Assembly (NCBI GenBank): GCA_046290465.1
Contig: JBKAGP010000001.1
Span: 3,104,001-3,168,000 of the forward strand
From: Planctomycetota bacterium
Lineage (GTDB): Bacteria > Planctomycetota > UBA1135 > UBA2386
Reading direction: 5' to 3'
DNA length: 64,000 nucleotides
In this document: one piece after another, positions 10,332-18,679 of the stretch
Layout: each line of letters starts with the position of its first letter
Numbering within the stretch: position 1 is the first letter of the stretch
Notes under the pieces: generated by a model
Told to the model about the DNA's origin: nothing
Databases searched by the model: none
What the model saw: the letters and a program-made list of their open reading frames with translations, nothing else
Position numbers and translations under genes: made by a program

Positions 10332-10993
10332 CACTTCCCTTCCTCCGATCCTGGTGGTTCGTTGGCGCCGACCGAGCCGGTCGCGCTCTCGCCCGACGGC
10401 CCCGCATCGCGGCTGGCCTCGAGGCGGCGCAGCTCCTGCTCCACGCGGAACTCGCGCGGCGCCGAGCCGTCGAGGTCGTAGGTCAGCGCACGGCTCTGCC
10501 AGAGCAGGCGCACCACGCCCGGTTCGATCGACAGCACCGTGCCGCCTCCGACCCGATCGCCGACGCCGACGACGACGCCGCCGAGCACCGCACGGCGCGA
10601 CCGTTCGCTGACCATCACGACCCCGAGCCGCAGCTGCGGCGGATCGTCGCCGACCCAGCGGCTGGCACGCGGCGCGACCTCGCCCGCCGGCGCGGCAGCG
10701 ACCAGCTGCGCGTCGGGCATCGCCGCGAACACGGGCCGCACCGGCTGTGCCGCGTCGTACGAGCCGTGGCGCGCGAGCAGGTCCCGCCAGACGACGTCCT
10801 CCTGCTGCACCTCGCCGTCGTCCTCGAGTTCGAGGTCGCCTTCGTCGATGCCGATCAGGCTGGCGAACTCCTTGGCGGAGTCGCCGGCGAACAGGCCGAG
10901 CGAGTTGGCGACGAAGGCGCTGCTGCCGAGCAGGATCAGCACCGCCAGCAGCGGATGCATGCCCTTCTTCCGGGTCCTGTTGCGGCGGCTCAT
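10331..10993 (-). CDS. Pilus assembly accessory protein (PilP/MshK/GspC-like)
   Basis: N-terminal TM; LRLGVVMVSERSRRAVLGGVVVGVGDRVGGGTVLSIEPGVVRL; located just upstream of the secretin. Confidence 0.6.
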   Translation of the reverse strand: MSRRNRTRKKGMHPLLAVLILLGSSAFVANSLGLFAGDSAKEFASLIGIDEGDLELEDDGEVQQEDVVWRDLLARHGSYDAAQPVRPVFAAMPDAQLVAAAPAGEVAPRASRWVGDDPPQLRLGVVMVSERSRRAVLGGVVVGVGDRVGGGTVLSIEPGVVRLLWQSRALTYDLDGSAPREFRVEQELRRLEASRDAGPSGESATGSVGANEPPGSEEGK

Positions 10994-11499
10994 CGCTGCT
11001 CTCCTTGGTGGTAGGTCGCAAGGCCGAACTCGAACGCGACCTGGTCGCCGCCGGCCGGCGTCACCCGGCCGGTCTCGAGCACCATCAGGCGCTGGCTGCG
11101 CTCGACCGCGGCGACGAAGGCCGCCACCTGGCCGGCGGTCGCATGCCCGCGGAGCAGGAACGGCTGCTTGCCCGCCTGGGCCGAACGCACCGCCTTCTGG
11201 GTGTCGAACGTCAGCCCGACCTCGTCGCCGATCACCTGCAGCTGCTGCAGCGTCTGCACGACCTCAGGCCCCTCGAGCAGCTGCCAGGCCGGCTGCCTGG
11301 ACTCCGGACGCACCGGCTGTTCGGAGCGCTGCGCCTGCTCGTAGCTCTCCTCGAGCTGCTCCAGACGCTCTCGTTCCGCCTCGAGCTGGTCCTGCAGCGA
11401 ACGTCGCGACAGATGCGCGACCCCGGCGAGGCCGCCCTGCAGCACGCCGAACGCGATCGCCGCGATCACGACGACCTTCTTGCCATCGAAGCCACTCAT
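10990..11499 (-). CDS. PilO/GspM-like inner-membrane platform protein
   Basis: TM plus coiled coil plus ferredoxin-like C-terminus; translationally coupled with neighbours. Confidence 0.6.
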   Translation of the reverse strand: MSGFDGKKVVVIAAIAFGVLQGGLAGVAHLSRRSLQDQLEAERERLEQLEESYEQAQRSEQPVRPESRQPAWQLLEGPEVVQTLQQLQVIGDEVGLTFDTQKAVRSAQAGKQPFLLRGHATAGQVAAFVAAVERSQRLMVLETGRVTPAGGDQVAFEFGLATYHQGEQR

Positions 11500-12908
11500 T
11501 GGTTCCTCCACGCGAGGCTGATCCGGAAGCGGATGTGGTTGGGCCTGCCGAGCACCTCGCTGACCTCCTCCTGGCCGCGCGCCTCGAGGTAGGGCAGCGC
11601 GTGCACCTTGTCGGTGAACTCGGCCATCGTCGCGAGCGCGAGCTGCCGCGTGCGGGCCTCGACGTGGCCCGAGACGACCACCGGGCTCTTGCTGGCGAAC
11701 TGGATCTCCTCGAGATGGAGCTCGCCGCCGCAGCTGTTGCTGATCTCGGCCAGCAGCCTGCTGATCGGCCGCCGCATCGACAACGCCCGCTGCAGCTCGG
11801 GAGCGGGCGCAGCGTCGCCGCCGTCCCGCGCGAACGACAGCTCGTCGATCTGCATCTGCAGCTCGTCGCACTGCGAGCAGACCGCATCGGCCTGGTCGCG
11901 CGCCGACAGCCACGCGGAGCCGTCGACGACCGCGCTGTAGCTGGCGATCACGCCGAGCGACGCAGCCGCCAACACCGCCGCGACGCGACCGCCGCCCATC
12001 GGCAGGCGCAGCTGCGGTGGGTCGAGCAACGACGGCAGGCGCGCGCCGTCGGCGAGCCGTTCGAGCAGCGTCGCGAGCCCCAGGCTCGGCATCGACAGCC
12101 CTTCGTCGCAGACGATCGCCGGCCCGGCACGGCGGATCTCGCCGGTCTCGTCGTTGGCCAGCATGGCGAGCGACTCGTCGTCGAGCCCGACCCGGGTGCC
12201 GACCAGCAGGTGCCGGGGCAGCGGCTGGCCGGTCTCGCGCAGCCAGTCGAGCGTGCGCGGCAGCTCCATCGCGAGCTGGGTCATCAGCGCCGCGACGTTC
12301 TGTTCGCCGCCGGCGCCGATCAGGAAGCGACGCACCTGGATCGGCGTCTGGTCGACGCACAGCACGTAGCGGGCACGTCCGCCGCTGCACTCGAGCACGG
12401 CGACCGGCTCGGTGAAGTCCGCGTCACAGGCCATCGCCATGCACGACTCCATCGTGTGCAGGCCGAGCACCTTCATGCCGTTCTCCTCGAACGCCGCAGC
12501 GAGCGGCGCCCACACCGAACGCGACAGCGCCGACGTGCCGAGCAGCATCTTGTTGCCGGCCAGCCGGCGGACCAGGCGGGTCGCGACCAGCACGTCGTCG
12601 GCCGACGGCAGATTGGTCAGGCGCAAGGCCTCGCGCGTCACGAACGACACCGCGTCCTTCGACGCCGATCGCGGCAACGTGCTCAGGAAGTGGCGGGCGC
12701 GGCGGTCCCCGATGACGACGTGCACACCTTCGGCGCCCTGCAGCATCTCGCCGGTCACGCCGCGCAGCGCGTTGCGCACGGTCTCGCGGCCGAGATCGGG
12801 CAGCGGCATGCGCAGCTGCCGCAGCAGGCGCGTGCGGTTGCCGTCGCGCGCGCCGACGACGACGTTCAGCGTGCCTTCTTCGAGTTCGAGGATCGCGTGC
12901 GTCTTCAT
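11496..12908 (-). CDS. PilM/PilN-like (GspL-like) fusion protein
   Basis: Actin-like N-terminal region, TM, coiled coil, PilN-like C-terminus (VVVSGHVEA...FRISLAW); GAGGGAG SD. Confidence 0.65.
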   Translation of the reverse strand: MKTHAILELEEGTLNVVVGARDGNRTRLLRQLRMPLPDLGRETVRNALRGVTGEMLQGAEGVHVVIGDRRARHFLSTLPRSASKDAVSFVTREALRLTNLPSADDVLVATRLVRRLAGNKMLLGTSALSRSVWAPLAAAFEENGMKVLGLHTMESCMAMACDADFTEPVAVLECSGGRARYVLCVDQTPIQVRRFLIGAGGEQNVAALMTQLAMELPRTLDWLRETGQPLPRHLLVGTRVGLDDESLAMLANDETGEIRRAGPAIVCDEGLSMPSLGLATLLERLADGARLPSLLDPPQLRLPMGGGRVAAVLAAASLGVIASYSAVVDGSAWLSARDQADAVCSQCDELQMQIDELSFARDGGDAAPAPELQRALSMRRPISRLLAEISNSCGGELHLEEIQFASKSPVVVSGHVEARTRQLALATMAEFTDKVHALPYLEARGQEEVSEVLGRPNHIRFRISLAWRNQ

Positions 12909-12915
12909 GTCTCCC

Positions 12916-13557
12916 TCAGATCGTGATGTCGTCGGCGGTGCCGAAGACCTGGTCCGGTCCGGCGCTGGCCAGCGTGTGCGTCGCCGCGGTCCACTGCAGC
13001 GTCGTGCCCCAGCCGTCGGCGTCGTAGCTGGCGCCGAGACCGATCGACGCGCGCACCGTCGGCCAGTCGCCCGCGACCGAACCACCGGACTCGATGTGCT
13101 CGGCGAGCAGTTCGACCGCGATGCGCAGCCGCATCCAGGTGCGCCGGGTCCCGGGGACCGCCGCGTGCACGCGCACGACCAGTTCTTCGTTGTTGGCGCC
13201 GTCGTCGACGCCGTTCTCGCCGAGGCTGTAGACCGTCGCGACGCCGCCGGCGACCGAGTAGCGGTACTCCTGGTTGGCGAACGCGTCGAGCACCGCGGTG
13301 TTGCGCGGTCCCGGCTGCAGGTGCACGCCGAAGAAGTCGTTGGCGGTCAGGCTGCCGGGGAACGCGGCCCGGTCGAACCAGTAGGCGTCGAGCGCCTTGC
13401 CGAGTTCGGCCAGTTCGCCGACCGCCTCCTGGCGCCGGTCCGCCTGCACGACCGCACCGGCCAACGGCACCGCGGTGCCCAGCACGATGCCGAGCACGCC
13501 GAGCACGATGATCACTTCGAGCAGCGTGAAGCCGGACTGTCGATCACATGTCGTCAT
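12916..13557 (-). CDS. Type IV pilin/pseudopilin (GspG-like)
   Basis: Prepilin site QSG|FTLLEVIIVLGVLG; two D.(F/W)..Y...S.G..G..DD motifs. Confidence 0.88.
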   Translation of the reverse strand: MTTCDRQSGFTLLEVIIVLGVLGIVLGTAVPLAGAVVQADRRQEAVGELAELGKALDAYWFDRAAFPGSLTANDFFGVHLQPGPRNTAVLDAFANQEYRYSVAGGVATVYSLGENGVDDGANNEELVVRVHAAVPGTRRTWMRLRIAVELLAEHIESGGSVAGDWPTVRASIGLGASYDADGWGTTLQWTAATHTLASAGPDQVFGTADDITI

Positions 13558-14359
13558 CGGTTCCTCCCGTGCCGTCGGCGCCGGCCGCGACGAAGCCGAC
13601 CACCGGATCCAGCAACAGCGGCGCACCGGCGCCGTCGACGGCCCGCGCGTCCTCCATCGCGAGCCGGTCCATCAGGCCACCCGCGCCGGTCAACGCGACC
13701 GGCAGCGCCGTCAGCGCGTGCACCGACGCCAGCGCCGAGACCGTCGCCGTGGCGTCGGCCATCGTCGTGCTCAGGGTCACGCGCGTCGCCGCGTCGGCAG
13801 TCCGCCAGCGGCGCTTGGCGACCGCGTAGTCGCGCATCGCGTTCCGCATCTGCACCACGTCGCCCGCCGACATCGAACCCGCGAGCCGGAACGAGCTGCG
13901 CAGCAGCACCGCGCGCAGCACGCGCAGGCGCAGGCGCTGCCGCACCCGCAGCTGGGTCTCGGCGGCGACGTCGAGCACGAGGTCGTCGGCGGTGCCGAGT
14001 TGTCGGTCGACGCCCCGGCTGCGCAGCCGCAGGTCGGTGCCGACGCGCGCGTAGTCGAGCGCTTCGCCGTGGCCGAACGGATCGCGCCGCCACGGGCCGT
14101 CGACGGCGAGCCCGGCAGCCGTCGACAGCGCGTCCAGATCGACCGGGAACGCGCCGGTGCGGCGGAATGCCGTGCGCGCCGCCGCCTGCGCGGTCTCCAG
14201 GTTGCCGACCGACAGCGCCTGGCGTTCGCGCAGCGTCGGCAGGTAGGCCTCGACGGCCAGCAGCAGGCCGACGCTGCCGATGCCGACCACGGCCAGCAGC
14301 ACGATCAGCGCGAAGCCCGGCTCATCACCGGCGGCAGCAGGGTCACGGCGGTGGTTCAC
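13544..14359 (-). CDS. Minor pilin lacking Glu5 (PilX/GspK-like N-terminus)
   Basis: GTG start overlaps the pilC stop; EPG|FALIVLLAVVGIG; DPFGHG...SRGVDRQLGTADD. Confidence 0.75.
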   Translation of the reverse strand: MNHRRDPAAAGDEPGFALIVLLAVVGIGSVGLLLAVEAYLPTLRERQALSVGNLETAQAAARTAFRRTGAFPVDLDALSTAAGLAVDGPWRRDPFGHGEALDYARVGTDLRLRSRGVDRQLGTADDLVLDVAAETQLRVRQRLRLRVLRAVLLRSSFRLAGSMSAGDVVQMRNAMRDYAVAKRRWRTADAATRVTLSTTMADATATVSALASVHALTALPVALTGAGGLMDRLAMEDARAVDGAGAPLLLDPVVGFVAAGADGTGGTDDDM

Positions 14360-15561
14360 TTGCCGATCCCCTTCATCGCCGAGTAGATGGTCATGACGAC
14401 GAGCACGGCGACGCCCCCGACCACGACGCCGAGCAGCACGGTGACCAGCGGCTCCATCAGGCCGAGCGCCTTCTTGACCGCCGCCTTGACCTCGCGGTCG
14501 TAGAGCCGCCCGAGGCGTTCGAACGTGATCGGCAGGCGGCCCGCCTCCTCGCCGACCTTGACCATGCTCATCGCGACGGGCGGCAGCACCTCCTCTTCTT
14601 CGAGCGCCTCCGCGAGCCGGGCACCGCCGAGGATCCGCTCGCGCGCGGCGTCGATGCGTTCGCGCAGGTCGGGCAGCGCGACCGCGCCGGCGCCGAGCTG
14701 CAGCGCGTTGGTCATCGTCAGGCCCGAGTTGAGCAGCACGCTGAAGGTGCGCGCGAACTGCGCGACGGCGAGCGTGCGCACGACGTTGCTGACGACCGGC
14801 AGGCCGCTCAACAGGTCGAGGAACCGCCCGACCAGCGCCGGCACGCGCATCATCCAGACGAACCCGACCGCGGCGCCGATCGACGCCAGCACGATCCACA
14901 GGATGTTGCCCGCGACGAACGAGGACGCCTCGATCAGCACCACGCTCGCGGCCGGCAGGTCGTTGCCGATCTTGCTCAGCACCTCGCCGAGGCGCGGGAT
15001 CACGAACGACAGCATGAACAGCACCATCCCGTAGCCGGCGGCGGCGACGACGGCCGGGTAGACCATCGCCTGCTTGACCGTTCCGGCGATCTCGATCTTC
15101 CACTCCAGGAAGCCGGCCATCGAGCGCAGTACCGACGGCAGGCTGCCGGACTGTTCGCCGGCGCGCACCAGCGAGCAGTAGATGCCGGGAAACGCGCGTG
15201 GGTGCGCCTCGAGCGCGTCCGACAGCATCTGCCCGGTCGCGACCCGTTCGCCGAGGTCGTCGAGCATCTCGGCGATGCGGTCGTCGTCCTCCTGGTCGGC
15301 GATCGCCTCGAACGTGCTCAGCAGCGGCACCCCGGCATCGAGCGCCTCGTGGAGCGCCTGCGTCAACAGCAGCAGCCGCCGAGGTGCCAGATGCACGTCG
15401 ACGGCCTCACGCTGCTCGCGCACCTTGTCCAGCGGGACCAGCCGCAACAACGTGCGGCCGTCACCGTGCAGCGAACTGTGCAGCGACTGTTCGTCCGGTG
15501 CCTCGAGCACCGCAGTGGACGTGCTGCCGTCCGGTTCCAGGATTGTCGAGCGGTAGCGCAT
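14356..15561 (-). CDS. pilC: Type IV pilus/T2SS platform protein PilC/GspF
   Basis: AGVPLL, LSDALEAHPRAFP, AGEQSGSL, AMVYP, VGEEAGRL, LMEPL. Confidence 0.92.
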   Translation of the reverse strand: MRYRSTILEPDGSTSTAVLEAPDEQSLHSSLHGDGRTLLRLVPLDKVREQREAVDVHLAPRRLLLLTQALHEALDAGVPLLSTFEAIADQEDDDRIAEMLDDLGERVATGQMLSDALEAHPRAFPGIYCSLVRAGEQSGSLPSVLRSMAGFLEWKIEIAGTVKQAMVYPAVVAAAGYGMVLFMLSFVIPRLGEVLSKIGNDLPAASVVLIEASSFVAGNILWIVLASIGAAVGFVWMMRVPALVGRFLDLLSGLPVVSNVVRTLAVAQFARTFSVLLNSGLTMTNALQLGAGAVALPDLRERIDAARERILGGARLAEALEEEEVLPPVAMSMVKVGEEAGRLPITFERLGRLYDREVKAAVKKALGLMEPLVTVLLGVVVGGVAVLVVMTIYSAMKGIGK

Positions 15562-15644
15562 CTGGGGGGATGCCTCCGACCACGGGAGGATGGGTTTGCG
15601 TGCGAGGCGACCGACTCTCCAGCTCGGCCACCCGCGCGCCGCGG

Positions 15645-16292
15645 CTACTGCCGCTGCGTCAGGAGCACGCCGATGTCGTCACCGGCGAGTTCGTCGGTGG
15701 CGCGGGCGCGGTAGTTGGTGTTGAAGCGACCGTCAGGACCGGCGGAGACGACCCAGACGCGCTTGTAGTTGGTCGCGTCGGTGCGCCAGCCGCTCAGCAC
15801 GTTGATGACGTAGGGACGACCCCACGGATCGACCGGCGTCGAACCGGCGACGTACGGACCGCGCCAGCGCATGTTGCCGGTCGAGGCGTACGCGCCGCTG
15901 GTCGAGCCCTGCGGCTGGTTGACCAGCAGGTGGTTGTCCAGCTGGTCGCCGCGCTGCGCGTTGCGCGCCCACGCGCTCCACCGGTGGTTGTTGCTCCACG
16001 GGTTCGACGTCAGCGCCGGCCCGGTGTAGAGCGTGTAGAGGTAGTTGTTGGTGCCCGAGCTGTTGCGCGCCGGGTAGACGCCGACGTCCTTGTACATCTT
16101 GCCGACCGCGGCCATCACGACCTTGATCTCGGCTTCGGCGCGCGCACGACGGCCGTCCTCCATGTAGCTGCTCAGCATCGGCACCGCGATGCCGGTCAGC
16201 AGCAGGACGACGGAGAGCACAACGATGACTTCGACGAGCGTGAAACCGCCTTGGAGAGCGCGGCGGTCGACGTTGCTTGCAGTCCTGGTCAT
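15645..16292 (-). CDS. Major pilin/pseudopilin (GspG-like)
   Basis: QGG|FTLVEVIVVLSVV; WRGPYV...DPWGRPYVI...SAGPDG...GDDI. Confidence 0.9.
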   Translation of the reverse strand: MTRTASNVDRRALQGGFTLVEVIVVLSVVLLLTGIAVPMLSSYMEDGRRARAEAEIKVVMAAVGKMYKDVGVYPARNSSGTNNYLYTLYTGPALTSNPWSNNHRWSAWARNAQRGDQLDNHLLVNQPQGSTSGAYASTGNMRWRGPYVAGSTPVDPWGRPYVINVLSGWRTDATNYKRVWVVSAGPDGRFNTNYRARATDELAGDDIGVLLTQRQ

Positions 16293-16409
16293 GCCCAGCG
16301 CATCGGCGTCTCCCGGCCCGAAAACTTAGGCCACCGGACGGATTCCTCGTGTTCGCCCCTACGCACATTGCGGCTCACGTGCCGATCCAGCCGATGCCGA
16401 TGCACGCAC

Positions 16410-18083
16410 ATGGTCCGATCCGGGGACGATCCGCTCGACGTGCTGTCCGCAACCGAGGACGACGACCGCCAGTTCCTCGAAGCCGCGCTGAAGAAGGGCG
16501 AGGGCAGCGAGGCGGCAACGATCGAAGGCCTCGTCAGCAAGGGCATGATCTCGCTCGAGCGGGCCTACCGGATCTGGGCCGAGATGCTCGGACTGAGCTT
16601 CCACGGGCTCGAGGAGCACACGCTCGACCACCGGCTGCGCCACCGCCTGCCGGTCGACCTGGCGCTGCGCCACCACGCGGTCGTCGTCGCCGAGGACGAC
16701 GGCATCCTCTCGGTCGCGCTGAAGAACCCGTTCGAGCTGCTGGCGATCGACGAGATCCAGGAGGTCACCGGCATGCCCGTCGAGGTCGTGCTGTCGACGC
16801 CAACCGCGATCGCTGCGGCTCTGGACCGCGTGCAGAAGGGGTCGTCGGGGATCGAGGGCCTGATCCAGCGCCTGCTCAAGTCCGAGATCGACAGCGCCAA
16901 CGTCGACGCCGACAAGCTGCGCACGCTGGTCGGTGACGACGCCGTGATCCAGCTGGTCGACCACCTGATCGAGGAGGGCATGCGTGCCCGCGCCAGCGAC
17001 ATCCACATCGAGCCGCAGCGCGACGGCCTGCGCGTGCGGATCCGCGTCGACGGCGACCTCGACACGCTCTACATGCTGCCGGCCGGCCTGCACCGCGCGG
17101 TCGTCGCGCGGGTCAAGGTGTCGTCGGGCATGGACATCGGCGAGAGCCGCAAGCCGCAGGACGGCCGCATCGGGGTCAGCGACAAGGTCGAACTGCGCGT
17201 ATCGGTGCTGCCGAGCGTGCTCGGCGAGAAGGCGGTCATGCGCGTGCTCGACCGTTCGGGCATCACGCTCGATCCGGCCAAGCTCGGCATGACGCAGCAC
17301 AACCTCGACCTGTTCCGTCGCGGCTTCACCGCGCCGAACGGGATCGTGCTGCTGACCGGCCCGACCGGCTCGGGCAAGACCACGACGCTCTACACCGCGA
17401 TGGCCGAGCTCAACCAGCCCGACACCAACCTGGTGACCGTCGAGGACCCGGTCGAGTACGAGCTGTCGGGCACCACCCAGGTCCAGGTCGACGTCAAGGC
17501 CGAGCGCACGTTCGCCAGCGCGCTGCGCGCGATCCTGCGCCAGGACCCCGACATCTGCATGGTCGGCGAAATCCGCGACGCCGAGACCGCGTCGATCGCG
17601 GTGCAGGCGGCGCTGACCGGCCACCTCGTGCTGAGCACGCTGCACACCAACGACGCGCTGTCGACGATCCACCGGCTGTGCGACATGGGGGTCGCCCCCT
17701 ACCTGCTCGGCCCCGCGCTGCGCTGCGTGGTCGGCCAGCGCCTGGTGCCGAGGATCTGCGGCGAGTGCGCCGAACCCGCCTCGCCCGAGCCGACCGTTCG
17801 CCAGGAGTTCGGCCTGGGCCCGGACGAAGGCCACGGCTTCCGCCAGGGCGCCGGCTGCCAGGCCTGCCGCGGTCGCGGCAAGCGCGGCCGCGTCGCGATC
17901 CACGAAGTGCTCTACGTCAGCCCCGCACTCGCCTCCGCCATCAGCCGCGCCGCCTCCGAAGACGACCTGCAACGCCTCGCCGACGAAGCCGGTTACGTCC
18001 GCATGATGCAGGACGGCCTCGACAAGGCCCAACAAGGCCTCGTCACCCTAGAAGACGTCCTAGCCGTAGCCCGCTCCGACTGA
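16410..18083 (+). CDS. pilB: Pilus assembly ATPase PilB/GspE
   Basis: ASDIHIEP, PQDGRI, Walker A GPTGSGKTTT, TVEDPVEY, LRQDPD, TGHLVLSTLHTND, tetracysteine motif. Confidence 0.93.
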   Translation: MVRSGDDPLDVLSATEDDDRQFLEAALKKGEGSEAATIEGLVSKGMISLERAYRIWAEMLGLSFHGLEEHTLDHRLRHRLPVDLALRHHAVVVAEDDGILSVALKNPFELLAIDEIQEVTGMPVEVVLSTPTAIAAALDRVQKGSSGIEGLIQRLLKSEIDSANVDADKLRTLVGDDAVIQLVDHLIEEGMRARASDIHIEPQRDGLRVRIRVDGDLDTLYMLPAGLHRAVVARVKVSSGMDIGESRKPQDGRIGVSDKVELRVSVLPSVLGEKAVMRVLDRSGITLDPAKLGMTQHNLDLFRRGFTAPNGIVLLTGPTGSGKTTTLYTAMAELNQPDTNLVTVEDPVEYELSGTTQVQVDVKAERTFASALRAILRQDPDICMVGEIRDAETASIAVQAALTGHLVLSTLHTNDALSTIHRLCDMGVAPYLLGPALRCVVGQRLVPRICGECAEPASPEPTVRQEFGLGPDEGHGFRQGAGCQACRGRGKRGRVAIHEVLYVSPALASAISRAASEDDLQRLADEAGYVRMMQDGLDKAQQGLVTLEDVLAVARSD

Positions 18084-18170
18084 CACCGCATACCGAACCG
18101 GGTTCATGTTGCGCCACTTGGGCGCGCATACCGAACCCGGTTCAAGCTGCGCCCCGGTTCACGTTGCGCC
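18083..18170. repeat. Intergenic repeat family B (gcataccgaaccgggttca.gttgcgcc), local degenerate tandem copies
   Basis: 18083-18119 matches 43583-43619 at 36/37 bases; further partial copies at ~18126-18170. Confidence 0.85.
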
Positions 18171-18249
18171 ATTGCTGCGAACGCGCCAGCTGGGCCGGGT
18201 CAGCTTCATCGGGCCGCGCAGCGTAGCGGCGACGCGCCCGCCGCGCCGC

Positions 18250-18588
18250 TCAGGAGCTCCGCTTCGCCGCGTTCGCCTCGAACTGCTCGCGCGCCCGCCC
18301 CTTCTCCAGGCGGTAGCGACGCCGCCGCGTCGGCCACAAGAACATTACCAGCGCTACGCCGCCCACCCACAGCAGCGGTTCGAGGAAGTCGCGCGTGATG
18401 CCGTAGCCGGTCGCGTAGAACACCAGCAGGACCAGCAGCACGCCGATGCGTTCTTGCGTCACGAGGTGCCTGCGGTCGTTCGTGCGCATGCTGCCAGCCG
18501 GCGGCAGCGAATCCCCCTGCGACCGGTAGCGCCGATTGAACGGCTGCGCCGGCTTCGGGGTCTGTGGCTCGATCGGCTGATGGGACAT
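18250..18588 (-). CDS. Small two-TM hypothetical membrane protein
   Basis: Two hydrophobic segments; GGAG upstream. Confidence 0.6.
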   Translation of the reverse strand: MSHQPIEPQTPKPAQPFNRRYRSQGDSLPPAGSMRTNDRRHLVTQERIGVLLVLLVFYATGYGITRDFLEPLLWVGGVALVMFLWPTRRRRYRLEKGRAREQFEANAAKRSS

Positions 18589-18679
18589 CTGCTCGGCTCC
18601 TCTCTGCTGGATGATACCGCCTGGGGCAGGCGCGGTTACCGCCGCCGCCCCGGGGTATTGGCAGATTGGCGCCGCAGCG

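Noticed and set aside
8103..11021. 972-aa secretin start given by the ORF track (likewise extended starts for DUF1501, DUF1553, cutC and pilB)
   Set aside because: Extensions overlap neighbouring real genes; signal peptides and motifs indicate the later starts used here.
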